Positions 48,147 to 63,294 of a DNA stretch of 64,000 nucleotides are shown here, piece by piece. Position 1 is the first letter of the stretch; each line of letters opens with the position of its first letter. A program made the translations under genes and the position numbers. The notes beneath the pieces are model-generated. The model was not told the DNA's origin. It worked only from the letters and a program-made list of their open reading frames with translations, and did not search any database. Source of the DNA: the human T2T-CHM13v2.0 reference genome, Homo sapiens; NCBI RefSeq assembly GCF_009914755.1, contig NC_060937.1. One strand, given 5' to 3'.

Positions 48147-50025
48147 ATTCTGTGAGCCTATCTTTTAACTCAGCAATTCTACATTTTAAAAGCTAGCTTG
48201 CAGAAATACTTCCACATGTGTGTAAAACTCTGTGTGTAGATACCTGTGTATTTGTTCACTGTAGCATTGTAGGTAGTATCGTAATATTAAAAAAAATCTA
48301 AAATGTTCACTGATGGGCAAACAGTTAAGTATATTTGGTATACCCAGACTACAGAATTCCACAATTTTAATAATGAAGCTGTTCTTTAAATACTGACTTG
48401 GAAAGATCTCTAAATTATTTTTGAGCAAAAAATCTAACTTTTAGAGTAGGTATGTTTTTATTTACATAAAAAGAAAAATACATGCATTTTAAAAGGTGTC
48501 AGATGATATAAATCAAACTTCATACTTGTGATCCACAGAGAAGGCTAGTGGAATTCGGTATGGGAAAAGAAACAGATACAGAGTATGACCATCCTTTTTC
48601 CTGTATGTATTTTTGCTTTGTTTTTTAAAAAATAACACAAATTCACATATTATTTGTGTAAATTTGTATGTGGGAAATAAAACAGGTGTTCTTAACATTT
48701 ATCTGCTCTTTATAGATGTTGTTTCTAATTACTCAGGCAAAGTTGGCTCCTAAAGAATATAAAATGAAGCAGATGCAGGCCAGAAGGAAAGTCAAAGTAA
48801 GCTAATATTGGATGTGCAATGCATATGATAATTATAAAATTTAAGTGCCCCATTGAAAAACACAAAAGACACAAAGCAGCCAGAAGTCAGGATAACAGAA
48901 ATTCTGATCCTGATTTAAAGAAAAATACCTCTCAGCTGTTTTACCAAAACATCTCTTAATCTCTGTTTTCCAACAATGGAGAAATTGATCAAGGAGCTGG
49001 CAGGGCATTTGAGATCATCTGTCCCATTGCTACTACCATAAATGGAAAAGACAAGGTTCAACCAGCTGAACATCATACTTGAGAGTTCTGTTAAGACCCC
49101 ACGGAAATGGTTCTAGTTCAAGTAAGTTTTTACTGTTACGCTTAGTTATACTGTTATTGCTAACTTAGTGAATGCATCCAGAAACAGATTCCACACTGCC
49201 AATTTTTATTTTTGTTTTGCTAATGCAAATTTACTTCATTTAAAAATAAAACATGTAAGAACTACAAAACAGTAAAACATCAATTTACACCTAAGTCCAA
49301 ACCAGAGCCTGCTCTTTGGTAACTAAGTCTCTTGAACATTGACTTCTAATCGGTAAGTAACTGCAGCCAATTCTATCTTTACATCTTTTCTCCTCTCTAT
49401 CCCCTCCATTCTATCCCACTGTGACCATTCTAACTTTGGTTCTTAATACCTCATGTCTTCATAAGAATGATCACAAAAGACCACTCACCCATAGTCTCTT
49501 GTTATTTCATCTACCCTGCACAATGCTGCCAGGGAGATGTAATTGATTTGAGATGTACTCAACTCAATACTGGCCACTACGCCTTCTCATAAAATGCCCA
49601 AATAAGAGAGGAAGCTGGCCAGCAACCTGGGAAGTGCAGCAGTCTCTTCACTCTGAATGCAAGCCTCGTTATTAATCTCTATTTTGGAACACGGAAGAAA
49701 ATTACCAAGGAGTTGGCAAGACATTTGAGATCATCTATCCCATTGCTACCACATGGCCTCTTAGAACTTGGCTGTCTGATGAGAATGCAAGCAGGCATGG
49801 GTAGAAGAAGGAAGACAGAGAAAAAGTCTCCTCACTCACACTACTTCAACCTTTCAACTTACTGGAATCTTGCCTACTAAGGCCGGCCGCAAAAGGAAAG
49901 AAGTGCTCAGCCCTGTGATGAGCCACTGTGGTGATGGCAGGGTACACCTCCTATTAGTATCCAAAGCTAGAAACACTAAGAAGGGTAACTTATTTATTCA
50001 TTTTGTATATAAAGCACCACAATAA

Positions 50026-50324
<299 letters not shown>

Positions 50325-50649
50325 AGCACCACAATAAATTTCAAACAAATGCAACATAATTTCTTGAGTCTCTTTTGTGCCTTATTTATCTCTATGTTTT
50401 TATAATTTCCAGAATGCATATAATCCTGTATATTTCTCTACCAGTAAGAGTATTTTTTAATGCACATTCTTAAAGGGCAAGCTCAATTATCTTCTTTATT
50501 CTTTATTGTCTTTGGCATAATTTCCTCCTCATAGTTAATAATAATTATGAGAACAAAAAATAGAATGAATTCTATACAATATAAACAGGATTGATGACAG
50601 ACTAAAAATAACAACAGAACTCTCAACAGTAAAATTAATAATTATAATG

Positions 50650-50840
50650 ATAATAGCAAACACTTATATGGCACCTAGTATGCACCTTTGTAGTATTAGC
50701 ATCCCCATTTCATAAATGAGAAAACTGAGGCACACAGTCAAAGTAACTTCTCCAGGGTGACACAGAAAGCAAGTTGTGGAGCTGGGATTAACCTAGGTAG
50801 TGTTGCTTAAAATGCATGCTCTTAACCACTATGCTACAGT
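50650..50840. mobile_element. MIR SINE
   Basis: Core ccccatttcataaatgagaaaactgaggcacac. Confidence 0.75.
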
Positions 50841-50998
50841 ATAAAGGTCCCTGTGAATCACTGAGACAGAATTGCAGTTATTAGATAAACAGGAGAGTAC
50901 TCACATGTGAAAAGTCCACCTGTAAATAAAGTTTATATTACCATAAGAGTATAACTGCATCAAAACTTATTGACTATTTTATAAACTGAGATGCTTAC

Positions 50999-51152
50999 CT
51001 CCAAATTACATCATATACAGGATCAAGACACACACCAAATCCTTGCAGATCCTCTTGTTCTGAGTCATTAAAAGTTTTACAACTCCCATCCACTTTATTT
51101 ATCAGAAGGCATTTAAATGGAGGAGGTTCTGATATAGAAGCAGGTACCAAGC
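50999..51152 (-). CDS. MYCBP2: MYCBP2 coding exon
   Basis: ttcttaag/GTAAGC; 154 nt; GLVPASISEPPPFKCLLINKVDGSCKTFNDSEQEDLQGFGVCLDPVYDVIWR. Confidence 0.95.
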
Positions 51153-51787
51153 CTTAAGAAAAAAATATTTATATATAATTTTAATATATATTACCCTTTT
51201 AAATTCTCCAAAACCCATAAAGTAGTATTATCTCCATTTCTCAGGTGAATAAGCAGAGAATAAAAGAGGCTAAGTAATTAAAAAATCTTTAAGTGGGAGA
51301 ATTAGGAATAAAACCTCAAGATGTCTAAATCCACAACACATGCTCCTAATCTCTTGCTATACCACTCTATTATATAATTATTCACAGTATCATGGACACA
51401 GTACAGATTGATAACTTGGTCTTCGTGAAATTTCAAAGTTGGATTTATATAACCTCCCATAAAAATTAATTTCTAACATTTATTTAGCAATAAACAATGC
51501 ATAAAACTCTCTTACTCTAATATGGATTTTATCCTACTAGAATTTAGTTTATAGTTCTACCACTGTCTAGCTCACAAATACTGTGGTTTCCAGATCTCCC
51601 AATTATTCCATTCTTTCAGCATAGAGACACATATAAACGGAGACATTTACAGGCTTTGTTTAAATTTCTTTGAGCAGAAAGAAAACAAAAAGCTACAAAA
51701 GTACATTTCATTAAAGGGAAAGATAAACCATTTACTATCAATCAAGACAAGAGTTTGGAAGGGGCATTTGTTTATTTCTGGTATTAC

Positions 51788-51992
51788 CTATTATGTGTTT
51801 ACTGGCAAAAATTTCTGATGTAGCAAGTACATGAGAATTAATAAGTGCTTCATCAATTCGTAAAAAAGTTTGGTCCCCACTTGCACCTATCCAAGTAGCT
51901 TTTCTTCCATATTTTGATCCAATGTTAGGCATGGGAGCTGGCTTTGCATTCCAATATGGCACATCCAAAATTGGTCTGCCCAGTTGTCCTTT
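51788..51992 (-). CDS. MYCBP2: MYCBP2 coding exon (end of RCC1-like domain)
   Basis: ttttag/GTAATA; 205 nt; KGQLGRPILDVPYWNAKPAPMPNIGSKYGRKATWIGASGDQTFLRIDEALINSHVLATSEIFASKHII; phases match neighbours. Confidence 0.96.
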
Positions 51993-52972
51993 CTAAAAGA
52001 TTAAATAAACCATATTAGCAATATTGCTGTGTAAACAATCTAATTTTCATAAAGTTAAGGAGGCAGTAGATAAAAATCAATCTATGAAACCTTATTTTTC
52101 ACCAATTGTTAGTTTGGGTTTTTAAAATAAATACAATATGTAAGAATTTGGACCAAATATTTATAAAGTAATAAAATAATTTCTATTATTCCTGGAAAGT
52201 CTTAAAAAGTGCATTATTTTTTAAAAAAAAGTTTGAAATATTTTCCACGCAAGAAGTATCTCCAAAATACTTTGTCTTCACCTACATTTAAATGAAAAGT
52301 ACGACAAATACACACAATATGTTAAAATATTAGTATTCCAAATTGTTCATTTAAAAAGTCACTTTGACATAGTAAGTTGATAGTATAAAAGAAAGTCACT
52401 ATTGAACTCATATAATCTGAGAATATCCATGTAAAAAGACCAAAATAAATACTGAAACTGTGAATACAATTAGAAAAATATGTAATGTTGTTTTCACATG
52501 ATATGTCCCTAAATTATTTCATTTATGTTTTAAAATAAACAGCACAATCAATGGTAAGATATGATATTTTAAGTAAATAACTATTAACCAGTTTAAAAGT
52601 ATGGCTCTCTATAGGGACCTGGTCAGGTAAGAGTTTAATTTAAAAAGTAATAGGAAGTTTCTCACTAGTAAGCCTGTAGCTGAAAAAGAATAAAAGAATG
52701 CTGACATTGACTCAATAGATATTCTTCCACCCCTGGCTCGGGACCTCTCTCCCCTCACAGCATTCTGGAACAAGGGAGCCTGGAGCACTGCGAACACTCT
52801 GGTCACGTTCTCATCCAACCACCAGGTAGCACAGCAAGAAAACACAGCCACAAACTAACTGTGGAAGCAACTGAGCTTCAATCCCTGGACAGAACCAGGG
52901 AAGGAAACATGGCAAGCACATGATTAGAGAAGCAGCCAAAACACTCAACATTTATTTCTCATACTCTTTTAA

Positions 52973-53325
<353 letters not shown>

Positions 53326-54425
53326 GTAAATAGTGAGCAAAATATATCATATTCAGGGATATATTCTGCTTTTGGAGGAAAAATAAATTAGTTATCTTTT
53401 TCATTGACTATTGAAATAAATATGTATTCCCTTACTACCAACTAATATGAAGAAAAGCAGTCCAAAAATGTGTTAGATACCTGGACAACCCCATAAGGAC
53501 CAGAATGTGGTTATAAATAAGCCACATTTAAATTCATAAAAGTTCACAACTAGGACTGCTGGGACTGGAGGACAATGACTGTCTGACGTCAAATCTTATC
53601 ACTCACATAACCACCTCAAAAGACACAAAAATATGCTGTGCAAACAAATCTATATGTGACTCAAACCTTCAGCAGTGGAAGGAGACAGCGGGTGTCATGA
53701 TCTCTATGTTTCCTGTAAGCAGAAGAGCCAAATTCCAAGAGTTCTCTCCACCCACCGGCTACTGCAAACCTGAGCATGTGCAAAGCACGAACAGGGAAGT
53801 TCTTAAGAAGGAGGACAGAGGCGTGTGAAGAAGTTAGAAAAAGCACAGGGAAACACATGCCCCCAAAAAGAAAGTTAACCTTCAATGCCAAAATACTAAA
53901 TATGGATCCGAACTTTGAGGATCAGAGCACCAACTAAAGGCAAAGGAACTTGGAAGTAAGCAGGACCATTCCTCACCCATCAGACTGGCACAAATTAAAG
54001 GTACCACAACACATTCTGTTGGCAATTCTGTGGAAACAGGCAATCTCATACACCGTTAGTGTGAAAGCAAAATACAGGAGAATTGTTAATATCTCACAAA
54101 ACTACATAGGCATTAACCTTCAACACAGTAATCTCACTTCTAGGAATTTATCTCAAAGATACACCTCTAACAATATTCACTACTACCATTACAAAGTATT
54201 GGAAACCACGTAAATATATAAACATGAGAAACTGAATGAATAAACTATCATATATACACACAATGGGGTATTACATGGAGGTAAAAAAAAAAATGAAGAG
54301 CTTTATGAATTGATATGGAGTGATTTCTAGGAGAGATGCTGAAGCGAAAAGAGCAAAGTGCAAAAGAGCATATATAGGCTATTACCTTTAAAAAACGGGA
54401 AAGGGGAAATATATATATTTATGTA

Positions 54426-54759
54426 CAGTCACATGTCACTTAATGACAGGGATATGTTCTGAAATATGTGTCATTAGGTGATTCTGTGATGCTGCGAACA
54501 TCAGAGTGGACTTATACAAACCTAGACGGTATATCTACTACATACTTAGGTGATATGGTGTAGCCTATTGCTCCTAGGCTACCAACCTGTACAGCATGCT
54601 GGTGTACTGAATACTGTAGGCAACTGTAACCCATTAGTAAGTATTTCTGCATGTAAACATAGAAAAGTTATAGTCAAAGTACTTATTATAATCTTATGGG
54701 AACACCTTAGCATACGCAGTCCATCACTGACCAAAATACTGTTATACAGTGCATAACTG
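54426..54759. mobile_element. Tigger3a/MER7-like non-autonomous DNA transposon
   Basis: TA|CAGTCACATG...GCATAACTG terminal inverted repeats; internal AGCCTATTGCTCCTAGGCTAC motif. Confidence 0.8.
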
Positions 54760-55417
54760 TGTATACACATACATACATATATAGGTATATATATATAAAA
54801 TAGTGTGTCTGCATGCTTATATATCTTCACAAGAAGAAACACAAGAAGAATAAACTGTAAAACAATGACATTCATTACCTCCAAGTATGGAATGAAAGGT
54901 GTGGGGAGGCAGGAATGTCAAGGATATGGGAGGAAGTGACACCTCTTGAGTATACAATTTTTGTATAACTTAATTTTTAGCAACATGTAAATGTTCTATA
55001 TATTTTAAAAATGAAATAAAACTTAATCAAAGGATAGGGTGAGGGGAATCTTAAACTGAAACAAATGAGCCCCACTCTATTCCAAAGGAATCACAATTTC
55101 CACTGAAAGGAGTGAGAGAGAGAATCCAGGCCACTCATGGACAGTGCTTGACTATACACCTTCAGACTTGGGGTGGGGAGCAGGTGGGAGGGGAAAGAGC
55201 AAGAATGACCTTTCAGTGAGTTTGTTTTTTTGAACTTGTACAGGCAAAGCAAATATAAAACTATTTTAGACATATCTGGGGACTAAGTGAGAAATAAATA
55301 TATTGATATTGTTGAGAGGAAAGATTCTTACTGAGGAAGAAAGTACATAAATATAGAACAGGACAGGTAAGAAAGAACCTTGTGGGAATGGATTGGAAGT
55401 AGAAGTCACAGTGGGGT

Positions 55418-55800
<383 letters not shown>

Positions 55801-57671
55801 TAGTGCCCAGTTAGTGTCTAATACTATTCCCCACTAAAAAGAATCAGGGTTCTTGGAGAAATGGCTGATTCTAGGACAGTCATACAGGGCCTGTACAAGA
55901 TAAACCCTGAACAACTTGTTATGCTGGAAAGAAAGGAAGCACTCCAAAAAATGAAGGGGCATGTCACAAGAATACAGGAGCCAACTTGAAGGGGCTACTG
56001 CTGGCCAAATCGGAGATAATCTAGGCACCCAAATAATTAAAGATGATAATGAAGAAAATACAAATACCTGAGTCTATACCAATAATAAGTAGAAAAACAA
56101 GTAAACAGGAAAGGAGGGCTCTTGCTTAGAGTAAAAGGCCAAGTGCCTACTGGAGTTGAAAAAAATCACCATTTTTTAAACATTATAGTAAAGACTAGCT
56201 CAGGAAAGAATGATCAATGGATGCTAAATCTAGGGGGAAATTTTGATGAGAAGCAGGCATCTTAAAAGTGTCAACCTACAGGTTGCTTATAGTTTCAAAG
56301 GAGAAACAGTACAGAAATCAGACATTTGATCAGGTGATCAAAATGTCCATAATCAATGAAGAGCAGATGGACATTCTGAGCCTTCAGATGTGATGCAGTG
56401 AGGGCAAACACAACATAACTTACAGAGTATCTTGGCCTGGGTGCACAACCTGCATCTAAACATGAGGACATTATCAAAGAAACAAAAATGAAGAGGATTC
56501 TATTTTTCAAAACAGTACTATATACTCTTCAAAAATGTCAATGTTATAATAGACAATACATAGCTGTAGAAATGTTACAGATTAAAGGAGACTAAAGACA
56601 CACAACAGGCAAATGTAATGCCTGATCCTAGATTGGAGGGGAAAGAAATGCCAAAAAATAATTATTAGGTCAATTCACAAAATACAAACTAAAGTATGTA
56701 GGAGGTAACGGGCCATAATGTACACAAGACATTGTCAAAGGATTTGAGAAAAAAAAATATTTTATATACATACGTACACACACACATTTGTGCATACACA
56801 CACACTGCGTGTGTGAGAAAGAGAACAGCCACATGTGCAATAATAAAGCAAATGCTGGATCAAAATGTTAACAATAGGTGAATCTGGTTAAAGACACTAA
56901 CCAGATATTCTACACACTGTTCTTAGTTGTGCAATCTTTCTGTAAGTTTGAAACCATTTTCAAATAAAATATTTTAAGTACACATTTACAGTTTTTAAAA
57001 AATCAAAAGCTGTAAATGTCATCTCAGACACTTAGGTTCAAGAGTTCTTAGTAATTATCCACATCTGAAATGGTACAAGAGTATTAGCACAGTCTCGCAA
57101 AGATTTTTCTTGATATCTACTATGCCCAAACTACACAAAATTCTTAGAGCATTTTCACTCTTTAAGCTTTGGTGCAGAGAGAGGGAGAGAATGTGCACAA
57201 GCGCCTATGTAACAGACAGGCGGATAGACTCAGAGGGTGGAAAAGGAAAAAAGAAAGTATAATTTTAAACAAATCAAATAAAAAAAACTAGGCTTTTAAA
57301 AGGTTACAAAATAGCATAGTTCTATGTGTTAAGAAAAATTCATCTCTACAAGTTAGATGAGAAATAACCTTTCCTATGACAGAATTAGCTCTATTGAATG
57401 CTTAAAAGACTTTAATCTGAAATAAACATGTCCAATTCTAACAAAGCTGTTAAATTCAATAAATTCTAATGCTGAGCTAGAGAGGAAAATTACTTCAAAG
57501 AATATCATTCAGGTTTAGTGTGTGTTGGGGATGAAGGCATGAAATATGCATATGTAACAATTATAATATAATTGTTATATTATATTCTGGAAACAGAAAA
57601 AAGAGCTAATATAGACAAATTATAAGGCAATGGTATAATGCAATATTATTAATGTTTTAAAAATTCCTTAC

Positions 57672-57789
57672 AGAAAAACTTCCAAATGTGAAGACCTGTC
57701 CATCCATTAAAAGTACTGCCGTATGGTTGCTGCCTGCAGTGACTTGTGTGCTAGGGCCTGGCAATGCTTGAACAAGAGTGGGACATCCC
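57672..57789 (-). CDS. MYCBP2: MYCBP2 coding exon (RCC1-like repeat)
   Basis: T-tract-aacctag acceptor, GTAAGG donor; 118 nt; translates (R)GCPTLVQALPGPSTQVTAGSNHTAVLLMDGQVFTFGSFS, a typical RCC1 repeat motif. Confidence 0.95.
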
Positions 57790-60700
57790 CTAGGTTAAAA
57801 AAAAAAAAAGTAAGTCAATTTCTTACAAAACTCAACTAAAATAAAAACAATAAGTAAGCAATGCAACAAGGAGTAGGAAAGATAAAAGGCACTCATAAGA
57901 ATATTCAGTAAACATTTAAGTGCTAAACGCCTATCTCCATTCCAGGTACTAGGTAAACAAAGATGAAAAAGACAGTTGCTGACTTTAAGGAGATCATCAA
58001 AAAGATCTTCTAAATGTAATTACCCTAATTATAGACACATAATAATTTCTGAAAAACTGGTGCTACATTTATTTTTAATCTGGTACTCTGTATACTGACT
58101 GGCCTGTTAGAGATCTTTATAAATAATTATTGGATGAAATAAAAATCATGTAATGCCTTAACAGAAATTCAATCCAGGAACTAGATGAAATAATTTTATG
58201 ATCATCTTTTCTAACTTTTATCACTAAGCTATAAGTTTAGATCTTAGAATCACAGTTAATGAGTCAAAACACAGTATCATGAGAGGCATTAGAGCAGTGA
58301 CTACAAGCTCAGGCTTTAAAGCTAGACTGGCTGGTTGTGAATCCTGGCTCCCCAACTTAATAATAATGCGACCAGACTTCGAACAAGTTTTTCATTCTTT
58401 TTGTATTTCAGTTTCCTCTTTATCACATGGAGAATACTAACAAACGGTGTCTACCCCCACAGAGTTCCTGTGAACAGTAAAGAGGCCCATACGTGTCAAG
58501 TACTTGGATCAGCGTCTGGCACACAGTTAACACTTAATGAACAGTAACTATTATGATAAATGACATCCTAGTATCCTTTCCTACTTTTAACAGCCATTTT
58601 TAGTAACCATTATCTGTAATTAGAAACACAACCATTATAGAAATAGTCCACACATAGCAGGAGAGCTCTGCTTTTGAGAAATGTAATTATGACACTTTAA
58701 ATTTTAAAAATTATATAGTAGTTTGGGTAATTTATGATGAAGGCCTTAACTAGGAGCAGTGCAGAGTGAAAGAGATGGTGACTTTGATAGCTATGTAAGG
58801 AACAGAATTGATGAAACTTGGCAGATGATCGATATGGGGCAAGGAAGATTTTTTTTGCTTAAGCAACAGAGTAGATAGTGGTAATATTCACTTAAGCTAT
58901 GAGAATGAATGAGATCTAGGAAGACTCTTTGAGAGAGAAAAGAAGAGATCCTAATTTCCCTTATGAGTCTCTTCTAACATTTTAGATACAGACCGAGGAA
59001 GAACAGCTCACAGACATCTAGAATAAACCACACAGAAAGAAAGAACTCAAGGAGACTCATTGGAGGAGCAGGTTTCAAGCGTGGAAAATAAAGTACATGC
59101 CAAATGCTCTAAGGAGACATACACCTAACCACTCGATTTAGCAGAAGGAGGTCTCTTTGGTGGAAGCAGGCACCACAATGCAGCAGATAAGGAGTCAGAG
59201 AATACACAAAGTAGCTCTAAGTATCCCAGCACTAAAGGGAAAAAGAAAGGAGAGCCAGCAGCTAAAGGAAAAATGAAGCTGAAGGAGAGGATTTTTTTTT
59301 TTTAATGATAAGAGATTTGAGGAAGTTTAAAAGGTGACTCAAAATAAAGACGCTAAAGACAAAGGTTAGAGAGAAGACAGGAAACAGAAATAGATCTCTA
59401 AGGAAAAGACAGCTAGGTTTCATAGCAAGGACACAACAGGTTCCTCTTTAACTGTAACATGAGGAAAGAAGCAGAGAAGTGGTATGGATGGAAGTAGGTT
59501 TGCAGGGTTGGTGGGCTGAATAATTTCTTACATCTGTTGCAATGTACATGGAGATCCTATGCTAAAAGGAGGAAACAGGTGAGTGGAGAGTTTGAAGATT
59601 CGAGAAAAGGTGTGGTGGTAGATGGAATAGATACATACCGAGAGCAGGAGTTTTCAACTCAGATATAAAGGACTTCTAGGAAGTCCATGAGTGAGCTTCA
59701 AAAGATCTCCTAAATTTGCAAGCAAATTTTTAAGTGTATATTCTTGTATTTTTCATAGAGACCCCATGTCTTTCATCAAACTCTCAAAAGGTATTAAGTC
59801 AAATAGTTCAATACTACACAACAGGAGGATTAATGACCATTGTACAGGAACTGGTTGAATCTGGAAATTAAGTATCAATCTGCATAGGTATGGTGATTTC
59901 TTACCTTCCAGAAGCCTAAGTATAGGCATAGGAAATATTAAGATTGATTCATGTTTGCGGTTTTATCATGTCCTAGCACCACGACCAAGAGAGTGGGAAA
60001 ACTGAAGAAACTGGTAAGAGTATAGGTGAAGAAATTAAGCAACAGTCTTTAACTTGAGTAGGAAATAAAGTTAAAAAAAGGGTGAAAAAAGAGTAAAAAA
60101 GTAGAGGGCTGTGGGGCATAAAGTCAAAGGGAAATAAAGTAGGGCTGCATCACAGAAGAAGAAAGTATCATCAGATTATGGATATTTAAACTTGAGAAAC
60201 TGAGACACAAGAAGATTAAGTAACCTGGCCAAGATCATATAGCTACCAAGTGACAGAATCAGGACCCAACCTAGAGACTGAACTCAGTCATTCTGGCAAT
60301 ATAACACATTAAATAAAGAGAATATCAATAACACTTTTCCATCTTCATTATCATGCATACCACAATATTGATCTTAAACAACACATTATTAATGTGTGCT
60401 ATATAGTAAATTCCAGTTAACAGCTCTTGATTACTAGAGACTTTTCAAACATATTCTCCAACTGTAACCCTTTATTTCAACTATCTGTAAATGTTTTGCT
60501 TTGTTGTAGTTAATACATATGCTATAGAAGCTTTGTTCCTCCCAAGATTGTTCCTCTATAGACATAATCAACTCCTTTCTGAATTAATAACAGAGTTCTT
60601 GGTTGCTACTTTCCAAGTTCCACAAAAGTCCAGACAGACAGGGTAACTGAGTGCTTAAGACTGAAGCGGTCTTGATGAATATCTAATCCACTAGGCACAG

Positions 60701-61628
60701 TATATAGGTATGACTACTGCATTATCCGTTGTAGCTCTGCCCACACTTCATGTAATCAGTCTTTCAGTTACCACTCAATGGAACAAGGACCAAAACATTC
60801 CATGCTGGAAAAGAACAACTTTGGGCAGTTAAAACAAATCCCACCAGTGTTTAATCTTAAGAAATTATAGTCATATGGTTGGTAAGAAGTGAAGAGCTGA
60901 ACCTTGCCTCTACAGTTCCAGGTTCGATGACTATGTAGCATCTACCAGTTACTATACCACTGTGTAGATCCTACCAATGTTTAATCTTCATAAGAAACCC
61001 TGATATTTTGTTTCAACATTAAATGCTATCGTATTTCATGAAGACGATAAATTCAAGCAATTTAAAATATTGAGCATATTGCTACAATATTATTACCTGA
61101 GGAAGTCTGGCCTGAAACTGCCCTATATCTCTTCAGACTTGGGAATCGAAGAATGGTGTTCACTGGTATAATCAGGACCACGAAGTAATGTTTTTAGGTA
61201 ATCTCTTCATTTTAAAAGCTGACATGAACACCTTCCCTCTCAGCGGCCAACACACCTCAGTGTGGTGTGGAAGGATGTTGTGCTCATGCTGCTCATTCTT
61301 CTGAGTGCCAAGTGCACAGTAAGATAACATAACCTGACTATAACATGGCCATGCTTTTCACTACTTCCCTTTCCACTCTGGCAAGACCATGAAATACTAT
61401 TTGCCAATTATTTTCTGTGAAGTGCCCTCTTTGCTGCATACATGACTGAGACCCCATCTTATCTAACTGCAATGCACCTTTCCCAGTTTCTATGGCTCAC
61501 AAAATAACCACCAGCTAAATAACAACAACAATAGCCACGATGATACAAATAAACCCTCTTCTTCTGTGTCCCAACTCTCAAATGAGAAACAGAACAAAAA
61601 GTTGCCACGTTCTTCCCCACACAGGTTA

Positions 61629-61968
61629 TAGTCATCCCTCAGCATCCATGGGGAATTGGTTCCAGGATCCCCTGCAGCTACCAAACTCTAGGGATGCTCA
61701 AATCCCTTATATAAATTGGCATAGTATTTGTACATAAACTACACATCCTCCTGTATACTTTAAAACATCTCTAGATTACTTATAATACCTAATACAATGT
61801 AAACACCATGTTAATAGTTGTTATACTCTGTTGTTTAGGAAATAATAACAAGACAAAAACATCTGTACATGTGCAGTACAGATGCAATTATCGTAGGCCT
61901 AACTATGTTTTCTGTCAAGATTGATTGAATCCACAGATGCAGAACCCACAGGTACAGAGGGCCAACTG
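61629..61968. mobile_element. MER2-like (Tigger family) DNA transposon
   Basis: TA-flanked; TAGTCATCCCTC...GAGGGCCAACTG TIRs; internal TCTCTAGATTACTTATAATACCTAATACAATGTAAA motif. Confidence 0.82.
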
Positions 61969-62899
61969 TAATTACTACCCAGATTCAGCCTCTGCATTTC
62001 AGTAATGTTACTCAATTGCAAAGCAAAATATCAGTTGGCATCTAACACCTGTGACAGTAATTGCTCAACACTGTTGGTATTATGTCATATCCAGCAGACA
62101 CATCTGATAAAGTAATTCTGCCAAACACATCTTTTGCTCTTTGCAAGTATGATATTAGTCATTAAATATTTATGATTGTGATAGTTTTACAAACCTCTTG
62201 ATAGTAGTATCAATTTTATGTTTCAGTTGTGTTTTTAATAAGAAGTTCAACTCAATGATATCTCAATCGTCTCTTATCATTAGCAACAACATTCATAAAC
62301 ATAACTCAGGACATTCCCTTTTGTTGCCATTTTTTATGCAGTGCCCACAGATCTGACCCTGCCTCAGCTCGAAGGGTAGAGAGTGGTTCTCATCCTGGAT
62401 ACATATAGAATCTGGGGACCTTTTAGAAAAAACTCTGATGCTGGCATCCTATCAAGGACCACTCCCCACCCCTGTCCCACCCACAAGCCTTTCAACACAC
62501 ACATCTCTCAGAAATGCTGGATGTAGAATCCACATATGATATTTTTTCAAATTCCCTAAGTAATTCTAATATACAGCCAGGGTTAAGAATCACTAATCTT
62601 TACCATGTAAATGGCAGAATTCCATCCCTGCCACAATAGTAGAGTGAGTTCAAGACACAGTGACAACCTTGAATTTTATTTAATGACTATGTGAAGGTAA
62701 GTTCTCTTTCTTTCACTGTATGTAAAGGAGAAACCATAGAAGTCCCCTTGATTCTGGCATATACACTGTGACTGCGAGGAAGAATAAGGCAGAGTAGAAG
62801 GTCAAAAGGTAAGTTTTTGCAGCTAAGTGAATTGCTGAGTGAAGTCTGGCTTGAAGCTGCTCTCTATCTTTCCAGACTTCATAAATACTCCTGTTTCCA

Positions 62900-63294
62900 T
62901 GGTGAGACAACCACAGACACAGACCACTCAGATCTCCTTCAAGACAATCTGCTACAGAGAGCAGAGTTAACTATTATAACAGCCTCAGGTGCTGTCCCTT
63001 TGGATGCACGAGGACATTCGTCCCCTGGGGTGCTACCAGCTGTGACTGAACATGGTGAAGGTATGAATGTTGGTCTATTCCTGCCCAATGCAGGACCCTT
63101 CCAAAGGTATCCTCAGCTTGGGGACACATCACTGGCCTGGCTAAAACTCTCTTAATGTTATGCTGGAACCTAGACTCCTACCCGATTCTTCCTTCTCTTT
63201 CTCCTTTCATAGGGTCAAAACTACATGTATCTAATAAATTCTTTGCATATCTAATCCTGTCTTGGCATCTGCTTTCTGGAAGACCTGAACTAAT
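62900..63294 (+). mobile_element. LTR16-like ERVL solo LTR
   Basis: ctgcccaatgcaggac... and aataaattctttgcatatctaatcctgtcttggcatctgctttctggaagacctgaactaa terminus. Confidence 0.6.

Noticed and set aside
54579-54884. 101-aa ATG-initiated ORF with hydrophobic N-terminus (MEVMNVIVLQFILLVFLL...)
   Set aside because: Assembled from an L1M relic, a TA/CA low-complexity patch and the Tigger3a element; no splice or promoter support; hydrophobicity follows from T-richness
57555-57577. 23-bp palindrome TAACAATTATA-A-TATAATTGTTA
   Set aside because: Almost all A/T with a 1-nt loop; plausible by chance in AT-rich DNA and unstable as RNA
61090-61340. Exon-like segment with - strand donor CAG|GTAATA near 61097
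   Set aside because: Stops in the frames tested, wrong phase for exon 57789, no MYCBP2-like peptide and no convincing acceptor
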